Part shown: piece by piece, positions 27,623 to 38,067 of the stretch | How positions within the stretch are numbered: position 1 is the first letter of the stretch | How the letters are laid out: each line of letters starts with the position of its first letter | Source of the DNA: Candidatus Latescibacterota bacterium | Lineage (GTDB): Bacteria > Latescibacterota > UBA2968 > GCA-2709665 | Direction: 5' to 3' | Length of the DNA: 64,000 nucleotides | Assembly (NCBI GenBank): GCA_965203805.1 | Contig: OZ241917.1 | Span: 2,880,001-2,944,000 of the forward strand | Position numbers and translations under genes: made by a program | The notes under the pieces: model-generated | Database searches by the model: none | What the model was told of the DNA's origin: nothing | Seen by the model: the letters and a program-made list of their open reading frames with translations, nothing else

Positions 27623-28615
27623 ATGAAGACATTCGAGATCGACGGACGGGACAAGCGGGGACCCATCCGGCTGAAGATTGAGGTCGACAACCAGTTCGAA
27701 GGCGGGGGTCGCTGGCTTCGGGGCGGCCTGCATTCCCACGTGGCGCAGATGGGCGAGTCCCGCGATGTCTGCGAGCACTACCGGAACCTGGGGTTCGATT
27801 TTCTTGCGACAACGGACTACCTCAGCATCACGCCGATGCCGGAGTCGTCGCCCGCTTTCACGCCCGTGCCCGGGGCGGAGATGTTCTGCCCCGACGGGGA
27901 CGATCTGACCCATATTATCTGCCTGGGCCTCCGGCATCTGCCCCGGCCGCTGGACGGTACGGTGGAAGACGTTTCCCGCCTGGTTCGGGACACCGAGGCG
28001 CAGGGCGGACTGGCGGTGATCGCCCACCCCGCCTGGAGCGACTATTCCTGGGAGAAAGCGTATGCCCTGGCGAGGTCCGGAGTCGTCGGGCTGGAGGTGA
28101 GCAACAGGCTGACGTGGCAGATCAACGGCAAGGAGCGTTCGGAGGAACTCTGGCAGATGCTTTTCAACGCAGGGGTCCGCCTGGCCGCGATCGGCGTTGA
28201 CGATGCGATTGTGCTGGAGGACGCGGACGTGACGGGACAGACCTGGACCGGCGTGCTCGTAAGGCGACCGGGCGTCGAAGGAATTCTGGAGGGGATTCGC
28301 GCGCAGCGGACGTACGCCAGCGAGGGACCGGAAATTCGCGACATCCGCATCGAAACACGGGGCGCGGTCGTCGTGGAATGCAGCCCCTGCACGGCGTGTC
28401 ACGTCCGGTCGAAGGGGTTCGGGGTCCGCAGCATACAGTCGGCGACGCCTTCGACGCGGTTTGAGGTCGACCTGACGGTGGAAGGTTACCGCATGCGGGA
28501 CTGGGTATTCGCGTGTGTGGAGGACGAAACCGGGCGCCGGGCCTGGACCAGCGCCATACCCGTCCGCGTTGAGAAGACAACCCTGTATCAGGGGAAAGGG
28601 GAAGGGGAAGGATGA
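27623..28615 (+). CDS. PHP-domain metallohydrolase (CehA/McbA-like)
   Basis: WLRGGLHSH, DFLATTD, PGAE, IAHP, TYASEGP. Confidence 0.8.
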   Translation: MKTFEIDGRDKRGPIRLKIEVDNQFEGGGRWLRGGLHSHVAQMGESRDVCEHYRNLGFDFLATTDYLSITPMPESSPAFTPVPGAEMFCPDGDDLTHIICLGLRHLPRPLDGTVEDVSRLVRDTEAQGGLAVIAHPAWSDYSWEKAYALARSGVVGLEVSNRLTWQINGKERSEELWQMLFNAGVRLAAIGVDDAIVLEDADVTGQTWTGVLVRRPGVEGILEGIRAQRTYASEGPEIRDIRIETRGAVVVECSPCTACHVRSKGFGVRSIQSATPSTRFEVDLTVEGYRMRDWVFACVEDETGRRAWTSAIPVRVEKTTLYQGKGEGEG

Positions 28616-30627
28616 AACGGACCATTCGACGGACGGCGATGCTGCACTTCGAGAGCGCAAGTTATTCCCGGGACTACGTCAGGTGGGTCCGCGGGGAGGG
28701 GTTTACCGACATCGGACTGGGGCTGAAACCCGAGGACGATAAATTCACCGGACAGGGGTACGTGTGGGAGAAGGTGCGCCGGCTTGCCGAGTGGGCCGAG
28801 GAATTCGATCTGGGCGTCATCGTGTTTACAGGATACATGAAGTATCGCGAGACGTTTCTGCGGACTCACCCGGAACGCAGCCTGGTGTGCATCGGGGGAA
28901 GCGGCACGGCCCTGGACAGCGACAATATCGTGAGGACCCGGTGGCTCTGTCCGTTCCAGCCTGAGAACAAGGCGGAATACCTGGATATGATTCACCAGGT
29001 GATCCGGCTGCCGTCGGTTCGGGAAGTTCATCTCAACGATGAGGCCGAGATCGGATTCTCGAACGGAGACGTGGGCTGCTATTGCGATCACTGTGTCGCG
29101 GAATACGAACGCGATACCGGCGAACCGCCGCCCCGCGAGGTCGACTGGTCGTCCCCGTCGTGGTGGCGGTGGGTCCAGCACCGGATGGAAGCCTGGACCG
29201 GGGTACACGCGTACTTTCGCGCGGAAATCAAAAAGGTGCGCCCCGACGTCGCGGTGGGCATCCAGCATTCGCCGAAGGTCGTGACCTTTAACGACAACCC
29301 CTGGCTGTCCGGCATCGATCTGTCCCGCGACGCGGAGGCCATGGACGTCCTGTGTACCGACCCGTACCACCACATCCACTATTCCCACTTCACCTATCGT
29401 CCCATGCGCCGCATTCAGGCCGAGGCGACGCGCGCGCTGGGCGGAGCGACCGTCGGGCGTTCCCTGTTCATCTATCCCCAGGGTTTCATGCCGCCGTCCG
29501 GGAGTCTGGAGATGACGCGCCGGGACGGCTTCATGGCCGGGTCCGTTCCGTTCGCGCTGGGCGCGGAGAATATCTCGCCCTATACATTTGAATTGTGCCA
29601 GATCATCCCTGGCTATTACGAAGGGCTGCAAGAGGCATCGCGGCTGATCCCGTATTTCGAAAAGACCCGGCCCTACAGCGCCGCCACGCTGATCAAGCCT
29701 TCCCAGACGGAAATCTACGGGTATCCCGACCGGCGCTGGGGCCGCGATACCCTGGCCATATGGCCGGACGTGATGAACCAGGTGGGGCTGCCCTGGCGAT
29801 GGGTCTTCGACGGGCGGCTTACGGACGCTGAAGAGGCGCTGAGCGGCCCGGTGATTCTGCCGGAGACCCATTGTCTGACGCGGGAACAGCGCGCCGTGCT
29901 GGACGCGCATGCGAAGGGCGGCAACGGCCTGCTCCGGGTTGGCAGGACGCTGGCCGGGGACTGGTCCGGCGAAGGCGCATTTCCGCCGCCTTCAGGCGCC
30001 GGGGCGGGGCTTTCAGAATTGAAGCCGGTCGTCTCCGATCACCCGCTGCTCGAGGGAATCGATACCCCGATAATGCTGGGATCGGCATTCCTGGAACCGG
30101 GCCTGGAAGGCGAGACGATTGCGGAAATTGACGGGCGCCCCGCGCTCATGTCGCGGGAGTCCGCGGGGGGGCGGGAGGTCTGGCTGGCGGGAACGCCCCT
30201 GTTCAACTACGTGGAACCCGGCGATCACGGCGCGGTCCGGACGCCCACGGGCGGGATGGCCCTGCTTCGGAACGCGCTGTCCTGGCTGTCCGCGGACGCG
30301 CCCGCGGCCAGGCTGTGGCCCTATCCTCCCAAAAACGACTATGGAGACCTTCGCCCGTGGGACCGGCGGGACGTTCCGACGATGGAGATGTTTCCGATGT
30401 TGGGAGACGGGTGTCTCGTCTGTCTGATTTTCAACTATCTCGGTCTGGCATACGAGACCAATCTGGTGATGCGGGTTCCGGAACGGGCGGACGCCACGGC
30501 GCTCGTGGATATTTTTTCGGGCGAGGACCTGATGGTCTCCGCGGAGGTCGGCGGACAGGTCGTAACGCTGCCGGTGTCCATGCCCGGAGACCGGGACTAC
30601 CTGGCGGTGGAACTGCGCTGGGAGTAA
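28612..30627 (+). CDS. GH42/beta-galactosidase-like TIM barrel with trimerisation-type domain, paralog 1
   Basis: HLNDE, CYCDHC, TDPYH; closely similar to 51908-53923. Confidence 0.65.
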   Translation: MKRTIRRTAMLHFESASYSRDYVRWVRGEGFTDIGLGLKPEDDKFTGQGYVWEKVRRLAEWAEEFDLGVIVFTGYMKYRETFLRTHPERSLVCIGGSGTALDSDNIVRTRWLCPFQPENKAEYLDMIHQVIRLPSVREVHLNDEAEIGFSNGDVGCYCDHCVAEYERDTGEPPPREVDWSSPSWWRWVQHRMEAWTGVHAYFRAEIKKVRPDVAVGIQHSPKVVTFNDNPWLSGIDLSRDAEAMDVLCTDPYHHIHYSHFTYRPMRRIQAEATRALGGATVGRSLFIYPQGFMPPSGSLEMTRRDGFMAGSVPFALGAENISPYTFELCQIIPGYYEGLQEASRLIPYFEKTRPYSAATLIKPSQTEIYGYPDRRWGRDTLAIWPDVMNQVGLPWRWVFDGRLTDAEEALSGPVILPETHCLTREQRAVLDAHAKGGNGLLRVGRTLAGDWSGEGAFPPPSGAGAGLSELKPVVSDHPLLEGIDTPIMLGSAFLEPGLEGETIAEIDGRPALMSRESAGGREVWLAGTPLFNYVEPGDHGAVRTPTGGMALLRNALSWLSADAPAARLWPYPPKNDYGDLRPWDRRDVPTMEMFPMLGDGCLVCLIFNYLGLAYETNLVMRVPERADATALVDIFSGEDLMVSAEVGGQVVTLPVSMPGDRDYLAVELRWE

Positions 30628-30628
30628 C

Positions 30629-30820
30629 GTGAGGCGGGGAGACGGGAGATGAAGGCGGTGAGACGGGAGACGGTAGATGAAAAACCTGAAAGCGGTGAGA
30701 CGTAAGAGGTGAGACGGTAGAAGACATCCTTGCCCGTTTGGTTTCTTCTTTATGCCTGCGGCAAGAGATGATGCCGGACAGGCGGTGACATCATCTCACG
30801 TCTTCCGTCTAACGTCTACC
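30629..30820. repeat. Heptamer-like GAGACGG/TGAGACG tract with inverted copy
   Basis: Repeated GAGACGG at 30629-30725 and TCTCACGTCTTCCGTCTAACGTCTACC at about 30794-30820. Confidence 0.65.
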
Positions 30821-30874
30821 CGACTTTTGAAGAAGATTTAAAGTTTCTCCCTTAAATCAAGGAGGGACCAAACG

Positions 30875-31720
30875 ATGTCCGAACGAGCCGACGCGCATAT
30901 TCACCTGTTCGAGGGAGGTTACCAGGATTCCTTGATGAAGCGATTTGGCCGGCCCGTCGACGAAGCCGTTGTGTACGCCTCGCTGGCGAAAGACCACGGG
31001 GTAAAGGCCGCCCTGATCGTGGGGTACGCGGACGTTCCGTGGGCCCTGGAAAACACCCGGTATCTGACACAAATGGTGAAACAGTACGACTGGGTCCATC
31101 CCGCGGCCTATTTCGATGCATCGGAGCCCCCTACGACGGAGGAATTGACGCGATTGCAGGCAGACGGATTCGTAGGCGTGAGCTTCTATATATTCGGACA
31201 GGAACGCGTGGACGCGCTACTCAGCATTTCGGACGAGGTCTGGAGTTGGCTGGTATCGAAGCGCTGGCTCGTGAGCGTCAATTCAAAGGACGACGACTGG
31301 AACGCCTGGCAGGAGGTCCTCACGCGCCATCCGGAGTTGCGCCTCGTCGTCTCCCACCTGGGTCTGCCCCCGAGACAGGCGGTCGCGCCCGACGCCACGA
31401 GTGCGAGAGAGGCCATGGCCAGCGTGCTGGCGCTGTCCCGTTATCCCCAGTCGCGGGTCAAGCTGAGCGGCTTCTACGCGCTGACCGATCCGGGCCACGA
31501 CTATCCGCACCGCGCGGCCTGGCCCTACGTGGAGGCGCTGCTGGATGCCTATGGCGTCGAGCGTCTGCTCTGGGCGTCGGACTACTCGCCCTGCCTGGAC
31601 TGGCTGACGTTCCCGCAGACGTACGACCTGTTTTCGAAGATGCCGTTCCTGAACGACGCGGACCGGGAGCGGATCGAGGGCGCCAGTCTTCTGGCATTGC
31701 TGGACGAGGTCGAAAGGTGA
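30875..31720 (+). CDS. Amidohydrolase_2 family (lactonase-like)
   Basis: DAHIH, VSHLG.P, VKLSG, LLWASDY. Confidence 0.85.
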   Translation: MSERADAHIHLFEGGYQDSLMKRFGRPVDEAVVYASLAKDHGVKAALIVGYADVPWALENTRYLTQMVKQYDWVHPAAYFDASEPPTTEELTRLQADGFVGVSFYIFGQERVDALLSISDEVWSWLVSKRWLVSVNSKDDDWNAWQEVLTRHPELRLVVSHLGLPPRQAVAPDATSAREAMASVLALSRYPQSRVKLSGFYALTDPGHDYPHRAAWPYVEALLDAYGVERLLWASDYSPCLDWLTFPQTYDLFSKMPFLNDADRERIEGASLLALLDEVER

Positions 31721-31793
31721 CGCGGGTGTCGACACGGGAAGAATCAAGGCGGGACCGCTGCCGGATTGCGCAACCCGCCGGGGAGGAATTGTG

Positions 31794-32786
31794 ATGGAAA
31801 AACCGGGCGTTGGGATCGTGGGGATCGGACACGCGGGACGGGAACATTTCAAGGCGTTCGATGAGCATCCGGATGCGGAGGTGCGGGCGGCCTGGGCGCC
31901 CAGCGTACGCAGGCTGGACCTCTTTCCGGGCTCGATGGACCTGTTTGCCCCGACCTTCGAGTCGATGCTGGAACGCGACGATATCGACATCATTTCACTT
32001 TGCAGCCCCAACTACGCGCACGCGGATCAGGCGGTTGCGGCACTGGAAGCAGACAAGCACGTGATATGCGAGAAACCCCTTGCGACCACGCTGGAAGACT
32101 GCGAACGGATCGTGCGGACGGCCGACACGAAACCTTCGTTGAAATTCATGGTCGGGCAGAGCGCGCGGTTCAATCCCATCTGCAAGACGATCAAACGCAT
32201 GTACGACGCGGGAGAACTGGGAGAGGCCTTCTACGCCGAGGCGGACTATCTGCACAACATCGGGGAACGGATCAAGGACTGGTGGGTCGACGACCGGAAT
32301 CCGCATTTCGGACTGATGGGAGGTGGCGTCCACCCCATCGATCTCCTGCGATGGATCGTGGGAGACATCGAGGAGGTGTTCGCGATATCCAACCATAAGG
32401 TGCTCGCAGAATTCCCCCACGACGATGCATACCTGATGAATTTCAGGTTCGAGAACGGTTGCATGGGCAAGATGGCCGCGTTTCTCGGGTGCCAGCGTCC
32501 GTACGAACTGAACCTCGCTATATACGGCACAAGGGGCACGGCCATCAACGACAGGTTATACCTCAGCAAAATCGAGGAACTGGAGGAGTTTATCCGGCTG
32601 CCGATCACGATTCTTGCGGAACACCCCACGTTCGCCGAGGAAATGGCGCATTTCGTGGACTGTATCCTGAACGACAAAACACCGATGATCGACGTACGGG
32701 ACGGCGCGAAATCCGCCGCGACGTGCATCGCGGGCGCGGCCTCCATCGAAACAGGCAAACCCGTCCACGTGAGGAATACGTTTTGA
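31794..32786 (+). CDS. Gfo/Idh/MocA oxidoreductase
   Basis: GIVGIGHAG, HVICEKP, GGGVHPID. Confidence 0.92.
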   Translation: MEKPGVGIVGIGHAGREHFKAFDEHPDAEVRAAWAPSVRRLDLFPGSMDLFAPTFESMLERDDIDIISLCSPNYAHADQAVAALEADKHVICEKPLATTLEDCERIVRTADTKPSLKFMVGQSARFNPICKTIKRMYDAGELGEAFYAEADYLHNIGERIKDWWVDDRNPHFGLMGGGVHPIDLLRWIVGDIEEVFAISNHKVLAEFPHDDAYLMNFRFENGCMGKMAAFLGCQRPYELNLAIYGTRGTAINDRLYLSKIEELEEFIRLPITILAEHPTFAEEMAHFVDCILNDKTPMIDVRDGAKSAATCIAGAASIETGKPVHVRNTF

Positions 32787-32811
32787 ATACATTGTATTTA
32801 TGGAGAATCCG

Positions 32812-33609
32812 ATGAAACTCTCCCTGTCCGGCAGGCTGATTGAAATGACGAAGCAGTCCTACGCGATGACGGTGGAAGAATTCCTCGAACTGACGGTTAG
32901 CGCTGGCTATGAGGGCGTTCACCTGAGGGACGGGCAGGTCGATCACCTCATCAAGGACGAACGCTTCGATGAAGTTGAAGCCCTCTATGCCGGTCATGGA
33001 CTGGCCTGCAGCATGCTCTGGGGTCGGCTGGATTCGGCTTCGTTCGACGCGGACCTGACAAAGAAGAAGCTGGCCCTTCTGCCACGGGTCGGCCTGGATC
33101 AGCTGATGATCGGGTATCCGACGGATATCGAATTGATCCGTGAGTGGTGCGACCTGGCGGCGCGGCGCGACACCGATCTGGTCATCGCCTGTCATTTCAA
33201 CAGCATGTTCGAGGATATCCTGCGCGCCCGCGACTTCATCGGGAAGGTGGACCGCCCGAACCTCGGGCTCAACGTCGATCCGTTGAATATCCACATGGCC
33301 GAACAGGACTACGGCCTGGCCACCCTGGAACAGGTGAAGAACCTGCTCCGCATCGTCAACGTACAGGGCGGCGTACTGCACCAGGGCGATCAGACCATTC
33401 ACCGGTATTACCTGAAGACCACCCCGACGTTCCGCAGGGTGTACCTGTGCGAAGAGGACCATCTTGACATTCCGCAATTCATATCGAACCTGAAAATCAT
33501 CGGATATGAAGGATACGTCAACGTCCTGGAACCGTATTCGAAGGACCATAACCTCCCGCGGGTCGCATCGGAAACGGCGCGCCTTCTGCAGGGATATATC
33601 GACGCTTGA
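32812..33609 (+). CDS. Xylose-isomerase-like TIM barrel (sugar phosphate isomerase/epimerase)
   Basis: AGYEGV.L, VDRPNLGLNVD, GYEGYV. Confidence 0.8.
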   Translation: MKLSLSGRLIEMTKQSYAMTVEEFLELTVSAGYEGVHLRDGQVDHLIKDERFDEVEALYAGHGLACSMLWGRLDSASFDADLTKKKLALLPRVGLDQLMIGYPTDIELIREWCDLAARRDTDLVIACHFNSMFEDILRARDFIGKVDRPNLGLNVDPLNIHMAEQDYGLATLEQVKNLLRIVNVQGGVLHQGDQTIHRYYLKTTPTFRRVYLCEEDHLDIPQFISNLKIIGYEGYVNVLEPYSKDHNLPRVASETARLLQGYIDA

Positions 33610-33919
33610 TGACATCCCCCGGAATCCGGATCCAGCCTCGTCAGCACCGGACACCGCGTTCTCCGCGAAGCGCTGCCACGAAAACCGATGAATTTTCGAC
33701 GATTCGTGACAAAACCGCGACATTTCCGTAACACTTTTTTCTTTACCTTAAATCCAGGCGTGCATCGTGTAGTGCCGTGCGGGAAGGGGGGCCTGCCTGC
33801 AGCGCCTGTCTGCCGGTCTCCGCACGCGGCCACACAGCCAGCCCAACGGCTCGCCTCACCGGGGTCGGTACGTTCGGGAGACTATTATTAGGTTCTTTTG
33901 AATCCCGGATGAAAAACAC

Positions 33920-33949
33920 TTGACAACGATGGTTATCTTCCATTACTTG
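33920..33949 (+). promoter_or_regulatory. Possible sigma70 promoter of the TonB cassette
   Basis: TTGACA at 33920-33925 in an AT-rich gap; weak -10. Confidence 0.35.
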
Positions 33950-34140
33950 CGATTTGTAGTAATCCTACTATCGAACATTGATCGGTGTCAATTCTCACCT
34001 TATCTCGACCAATTGCGCATACACGGCGGACAGTTGCACTAAGGAGGTGATGGTTCGACGGGACACGCAGTATGTTTGGCACTTGGCACCGGGTCGTCCG
34101 GATGTCGCACCAGGCATCGGAATTATTAAGGAGGTTGTAT

Positions 34141-34857
34141 ATGCGTAACGGCATATTGGTATGTATCGCAGCGGCGTTGCTGCTGCTTTCGGCGGGAACG
34201 GTCTACGGGGGCGGCGTGGCCGGAAGTTGGGGGCTTGGGACGTTCCTGGACTACAACCGGTCGATCTTCAAGCTGAAGGACTGGTACGAAACCGGCCGGG
34301 GGCAGGCCGGCGTGGTGTTCACCTACGTGATGAGTCCGCGGACCAGCGTGGAAATGGAATTTCACCGCTCCATTTTCGAGAACGGAACACTGGAAGACCG
34401 CGCGTTTAACTGGCCCATAGACGAAAGAGATTATAAGTCACCCAACGCGGTGAGCGAGATGCGCATCAGCAGCTTTCTGGTGAACGCGGTGGTCAGACGC
34501 GGAGGCGGAGGCATCCTGGCCAAGGAGAAGTACTCCACCTACGTGACCGTCGGCGCGGGCTTCTACGACTACAAGACGGACGTGAGCGGCCTGATCTTTC
34601 CGGGGCAGCGCGAGGCGCCTATCGACAAGGATCTGGTGATGGAGCCGTTCAGCGATTCGCGCACGGCCCTGGGCGCCAACGTGGGCGTGGGCGTGGAAGC
34701 GTTCGTGTTCGACAACATTTCGCTGGACGTGCGGGCTCGGTACAATCTCCTGCTCGGCGAGTTGAGGCCGATGGAGGCATGGGGCCTCGAAGGCCAGACC
34801 TTTCCCATGCAGTTCCTGAACGCGCGGGGCGGCATCCGGTTCTACTTCAAGAAATAA
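34141..34857 (+). CDS. Outer-membrane beta-barrel protein (OmpA/OmpW-like)
   Basis: Signal peptide, amphipathic strands, YVTVGAG, GIRFYF end; AAGGAGG RBS. Confidence 0.8.
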   Translation: MRNGILVCIAAALLLLSAGTVYGGGVAGSWGLGTFLDYNRSIFKLKDWYETGRGQAGVVFTYVMSPRTSVEMEFHRSIFENGTLEDRAFNWPIDERDYKSPNAVSEMRISSFLVNAVVRRGGGGILAKEKYSTYVTVGAGFYDYKTDVSGLIFPGQREAPIDKDLVMEPFSDSRTALGANVGVGVEAFVFDNISLDVRARYNLLLGELRPMEAWGLEGQTFPMQFLNARGGIRFYFKK

Positions 34858-34935
34858 CCAGGCAGGCGTGGTAGCCCGCCGGTTTTCAGTTGGAATGTCC
34901 TGCAAGTGAAACAAACGCCGCGAAAAGGAGGAACC

Positions 34936-37900
34936 ATGAGCAGGCTCAGGTTTTTGACGGGCGCTGTGGTCGTGTTGTTTGCCGTGTTCTTTGCCGCGGA
35001 CGCGATAATGGCCGCGACAACCGGCAAGATCGTCGGTCGCGTGACGGACGAGAAGGGCGAACCCCTGCCGGGCGCCAGTGTTGCGATCGAGGCAGCCCGG
35101 CTGGGTGGAACGACCGACGCGGACGGATTCTACGTGATCGTCTCCGTAACGCCCGGCCAGTACAAGCTGACGGCATCGATGGTGGGGTATCACTCGGTGG
35201 TCCAGGAGCAGGTGGGCGTACGGGTGGACTTCACCACAACGGTCGACTTTCAACTTCGTGAAACCGAACTGGAGCTGGAAGAGATGGTGGTGGTCGCCGA
35301 GAGACCCCCGGTCGATCCCGACAAGACGGACAGCCGTTACGTCGTGACCGCCGAGGAGATCGAGCGAACGCCCATTCTGAGAAACGTTACCGAGGTCCTG
35401 GAGCTCGAGCCGGGCTATGCCGTTGACGGCAGCGGCGCCATCCGGGGCTGGGTGGCCAGCCACAACGTCGTCTACGTCGACGGCGTTCCCGTTTCCGGCA
35501 GAGACGGGCGCGGCATCGGCGGCGGATGGGGCGACGGCGGCGAGAGACAGTGGTACGGCGTCAACCTCAAGGCCGTGCAGGAGGTCTCGGTCATCACGGG
35601 CGGAATGAACGCCGAGTACGGAAACGCGCAGGCCGGCGTCATCCAGATCGTAACGCGCGACGGCGGCGCGCAATATCACGGCGAGGCGGAGTATCGTCTC
35701 ACCCCTGCCGGCAAGAAACACTGGGGCGAGAATGTCTACGATGCGCCGGAGTTGCGCGGCAACGCGAAGTGGAACGATCCGGGGTGGACGAACGAGGTGG
35801 ACCCGGAGACGGGAAACCTGGTCCACTCGCGAACCAACTATATAGACTGGCGTGGCCACTACCTGGATGGGTTTCTGAGCGGCCCCCTGTTCGGAAACTC
35901 GTCATTCTTCGCCAGCGCCCGGCACCTGCGTGACGCCGCCGTGCTCCCCGGCCCGTGGCGCACCCGACCGGCAAACCTGAGAACCACGGCAAAGCTGACG
36001 GTCCCGGCCGGGTCGAACATGAAGCTGCGGATCGGATGGATGTACGACTTTGCGGAGAATTTCAACAACGGACGACTGTCCAGATACAGCTTCCCGAACG
36101 TCATCCGGGGAACGGGACGCGACCTCTTCATTCCCGATGGATCGATCGCGGGTGAGGAAAAACAGACGGACAACATGGTCTACGGCGTGATCACCCATAC
36201 CATCAGTCCCAGGACGTTCTACGAGGTGAGCGTATCGCGCTATGGAAGCCGAACGGACACCAGCGGCGTGGGGAATAAAACCACGGCCGTCAGGACCGAC
36301 AGCGAAGGCTACTTCTACATCGGCCGGGAAGACGTCTGGGCCTTCAAGGTCGGCGAACAGAACCGTTTCGGCCTGAAGGCCGACCTGTCCAGCCAGATGA
36401 CGCGGGGCCACTTCGCCAAGACCGGCTTCGAGTTCATGACGTTCGAGAACTGGTGGACGTGGACCGGCATGACGCCCGGCGACGCGAAACGGGATATCCG
36501 TTACATCGGGCAGCCCGAACCCGGCGAGGCCGTGACGCCAAAGCAATTCGGCGCCTACGTCCAGGACAAAATGGAGTTCGAGGGGCTGATCGTCAACGTC
36601 GGCCTGCGCTACGACCGCCTGTGGGGTCAGGACGTGCAGTTGCTGCCATCGTTCACGTCCGGGTGGTACAACGCAATGGATACGTTCATCCAGGCGCCCA
36701 CGGGACCCATGCGGACCATACAGGGCTGGAGCCCCAGGCTGGGCATCTCGCACCCCATCACGGCCAGGTCCAGCATGCATTTCTATTACGGCCGATACAT
36801 GATGATCCCCTCCTTCCGGCAACAGTTCGGCAGCCATTGGGAGACGGCTTCAGGGCCCGTGGGGATTCCGGGCGTCCCGTGGAGTCATTTCAACGCGAAA
36901 GACGAAAGCTACGGCGCCAACGTCATCAGCCCGGTCTGGGACCACGGTCACCCCACGACCAGTTTCGAAGTGGGCACCGACTGGAACTTCGTAAGCGACT
37001 ATGTCTTTTCTCTGGCGGCGTTCTACAAGAGCGGCCATCTTCAGAGCACAGGCATCTGGCACGACGCCGTCGATCCTGTCACGGGCAGGACGGGCGCAAT
37101 CGGGGGCACGTACGGTTCCGAACGTACTGAAGACGTCAAGGGGTTCGAGTTCAGCATGCGGAAGGGCTTCAGCAACTTTTTCGCCTTCCGCGCCGCTTTG
37201 AACTTGGAATGGCTGGAAGCCATCCACTGGCTGGGCGACCCGGAGACGGTTGCCAGCGTCCTGATCTATCCCGACCGGAGTTTCATCGCCAGCGGAAGAT
37301 ATCACAAGGAATGGCGCGTCGCGGGCGGCCGAAGGGAACCGGTCCCGCTTACGGCGGAGGAGATCAAAACGCTTGGCGACAAGGCGGAAGAGAACCTGCA
37401 AAAGGTCCGGGAAAATGTGAATGCCTTCAACGCCCGCGGCTCGGCGCCTCTCCAGCCTGCGTGGGAAGTCGAGGGCCTGACGGACGAAGCGCGGGAATGG
37501 CTTCAGGGCATCTGGTTTCAGAAGTTCTGGTTCAGTACCGGCAATATCTTCACGCGCGGACGCCGCAGCCAGGGCAGCCTTCAGATGTTCTTCTCCTCCC
37601 CGCTCGACTTCGGTCCGGGCGCACAGTACGCGGGCGCCACACTGTTCGGCGGCATCAACGCCAACCTGATCTACCGGATCTACACGGGCAGCAAGTTCAA
37701 TTACATCAAGCTGACCGGAGCCAACACGCCGGCGAGACGGCCCCTGCACACGGAAGCCGACCTGAACCTGCAGAAGCACTTCCGATTCGGGAACGTGAAC
37801 GCCGATGTGTTCGTGGAAGTGTTCAACCTGTTCAACCAGCAGGACGCCAGTGGCGTCACCGGAACAGACTACATGTGGTGGGGGCTCCAGCAGCCCAGGC

Positions 37901-38001
37901 CCAACGACGCGACGTACCTCAATTACGGGGACGTTTCCGACCGTTCGCGCTATATAGGCAATCCCCGGATAACGCACATGGGAATCAGGTTGAGCTTCTG
38001 A
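34936..38001 (+). CDS. TonB-dependent receptor with N-terminal carboxypeptidase-regulatory-like domain
   Basis: TTGKIVGRVTD..GEPLPGA, GGMNAEYGNA, YVQDKMEF, GLRYD, SPRLGISHP, terminal F. Confidence 0.93.
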   Translation: MSRLRFLTGAVVVLFAVFFAADAIMAATTGKIVGRVTDEKGEPLPGASVAIEAARLGGTTDADGFYVIVSVTPGQYKLTASMVGYHSVVQEQVGVRVDFTTTVDFQLRETELELEEMVVVAERPPVDPDKTDSRYVVTAEEIERTPILRNVTEVLELEPGYAVDGSGAIRGWVASHNVVYVDGVPVSGRDGRGIGGGWGDGGERQWYGVNLKAVQEVSVITGGMNAEYGNAQAGVIQIVTRDGGAQYHGEAEYRLTPAGKKHWGENVYDAPELRGNAKWNDPGWTNEVDPETGNLVHSRTNYIDWRGHYLDGFLSGPLFGNSSFFASARHLRDAAVLPGPWRTRPANLRTTAKLTVPAGSNMKLRIGWMYDFAENFNNGRLSRYSFPNVIRGTGRDLFIPDGSIAGEEKQTDNMVYGVITHTISPRTFYEVSVSRYGSRTDTSGVGNKTTAVRTDSEGYFYIGREDVWAFKVGEQNRFGLKADLSSQMTRGHFAKTGFEFMTFENWWTWTGMTPGDAKRDIRYIGQPEPGEAVTPKQFGAYVQDKMEFEGLIVNVGLRYDRLWGQDVQLLPSFTSGWYNAMDTFIQAPTGPMRTIQGWSPRLGISHPITARSSMHFYYGRYMMIPSFRQQFGSHWETASGPVGIPGVPWSHFNAKDESYGANVISPVWDHGHPTTSFEVGTDWNFVSDYVFSLAAFYKSGHLQSTGIWHDAVDPVTGRTGAIGGTYGSERTEDVKGFEFSMRKGFSNFFAFRAALNLEWLEAIHWLGDPETVASVLIYPDRSFIASGRYHKEWRVAGGRREPVPLTAEEIKTLGDKAEENLQKVRENVNAFNARGSAPLQPAWEVEGLTDEAREWLQGIWFQKFWFSTGNIFTRGRRSQGSLQMFFSSPLDFGPGAQYAGATLFGGINANLIYRIYTGSKFNYIKLTGANTPARRPLHTEADLNLQKHFRFGNVNADVFVEVFNLFNQQDASGVTGTDYMWWGLQQPRPNDATYLNYGDVSDRSRYIGNPRITHMGIRLSF

Positions 38002-38067
38002 CGTGAGTGAGCCCCTCCGGAGAAGGAGGGACCGAACTCATTGGTCATCTATGAGGAGGTCAAGGAA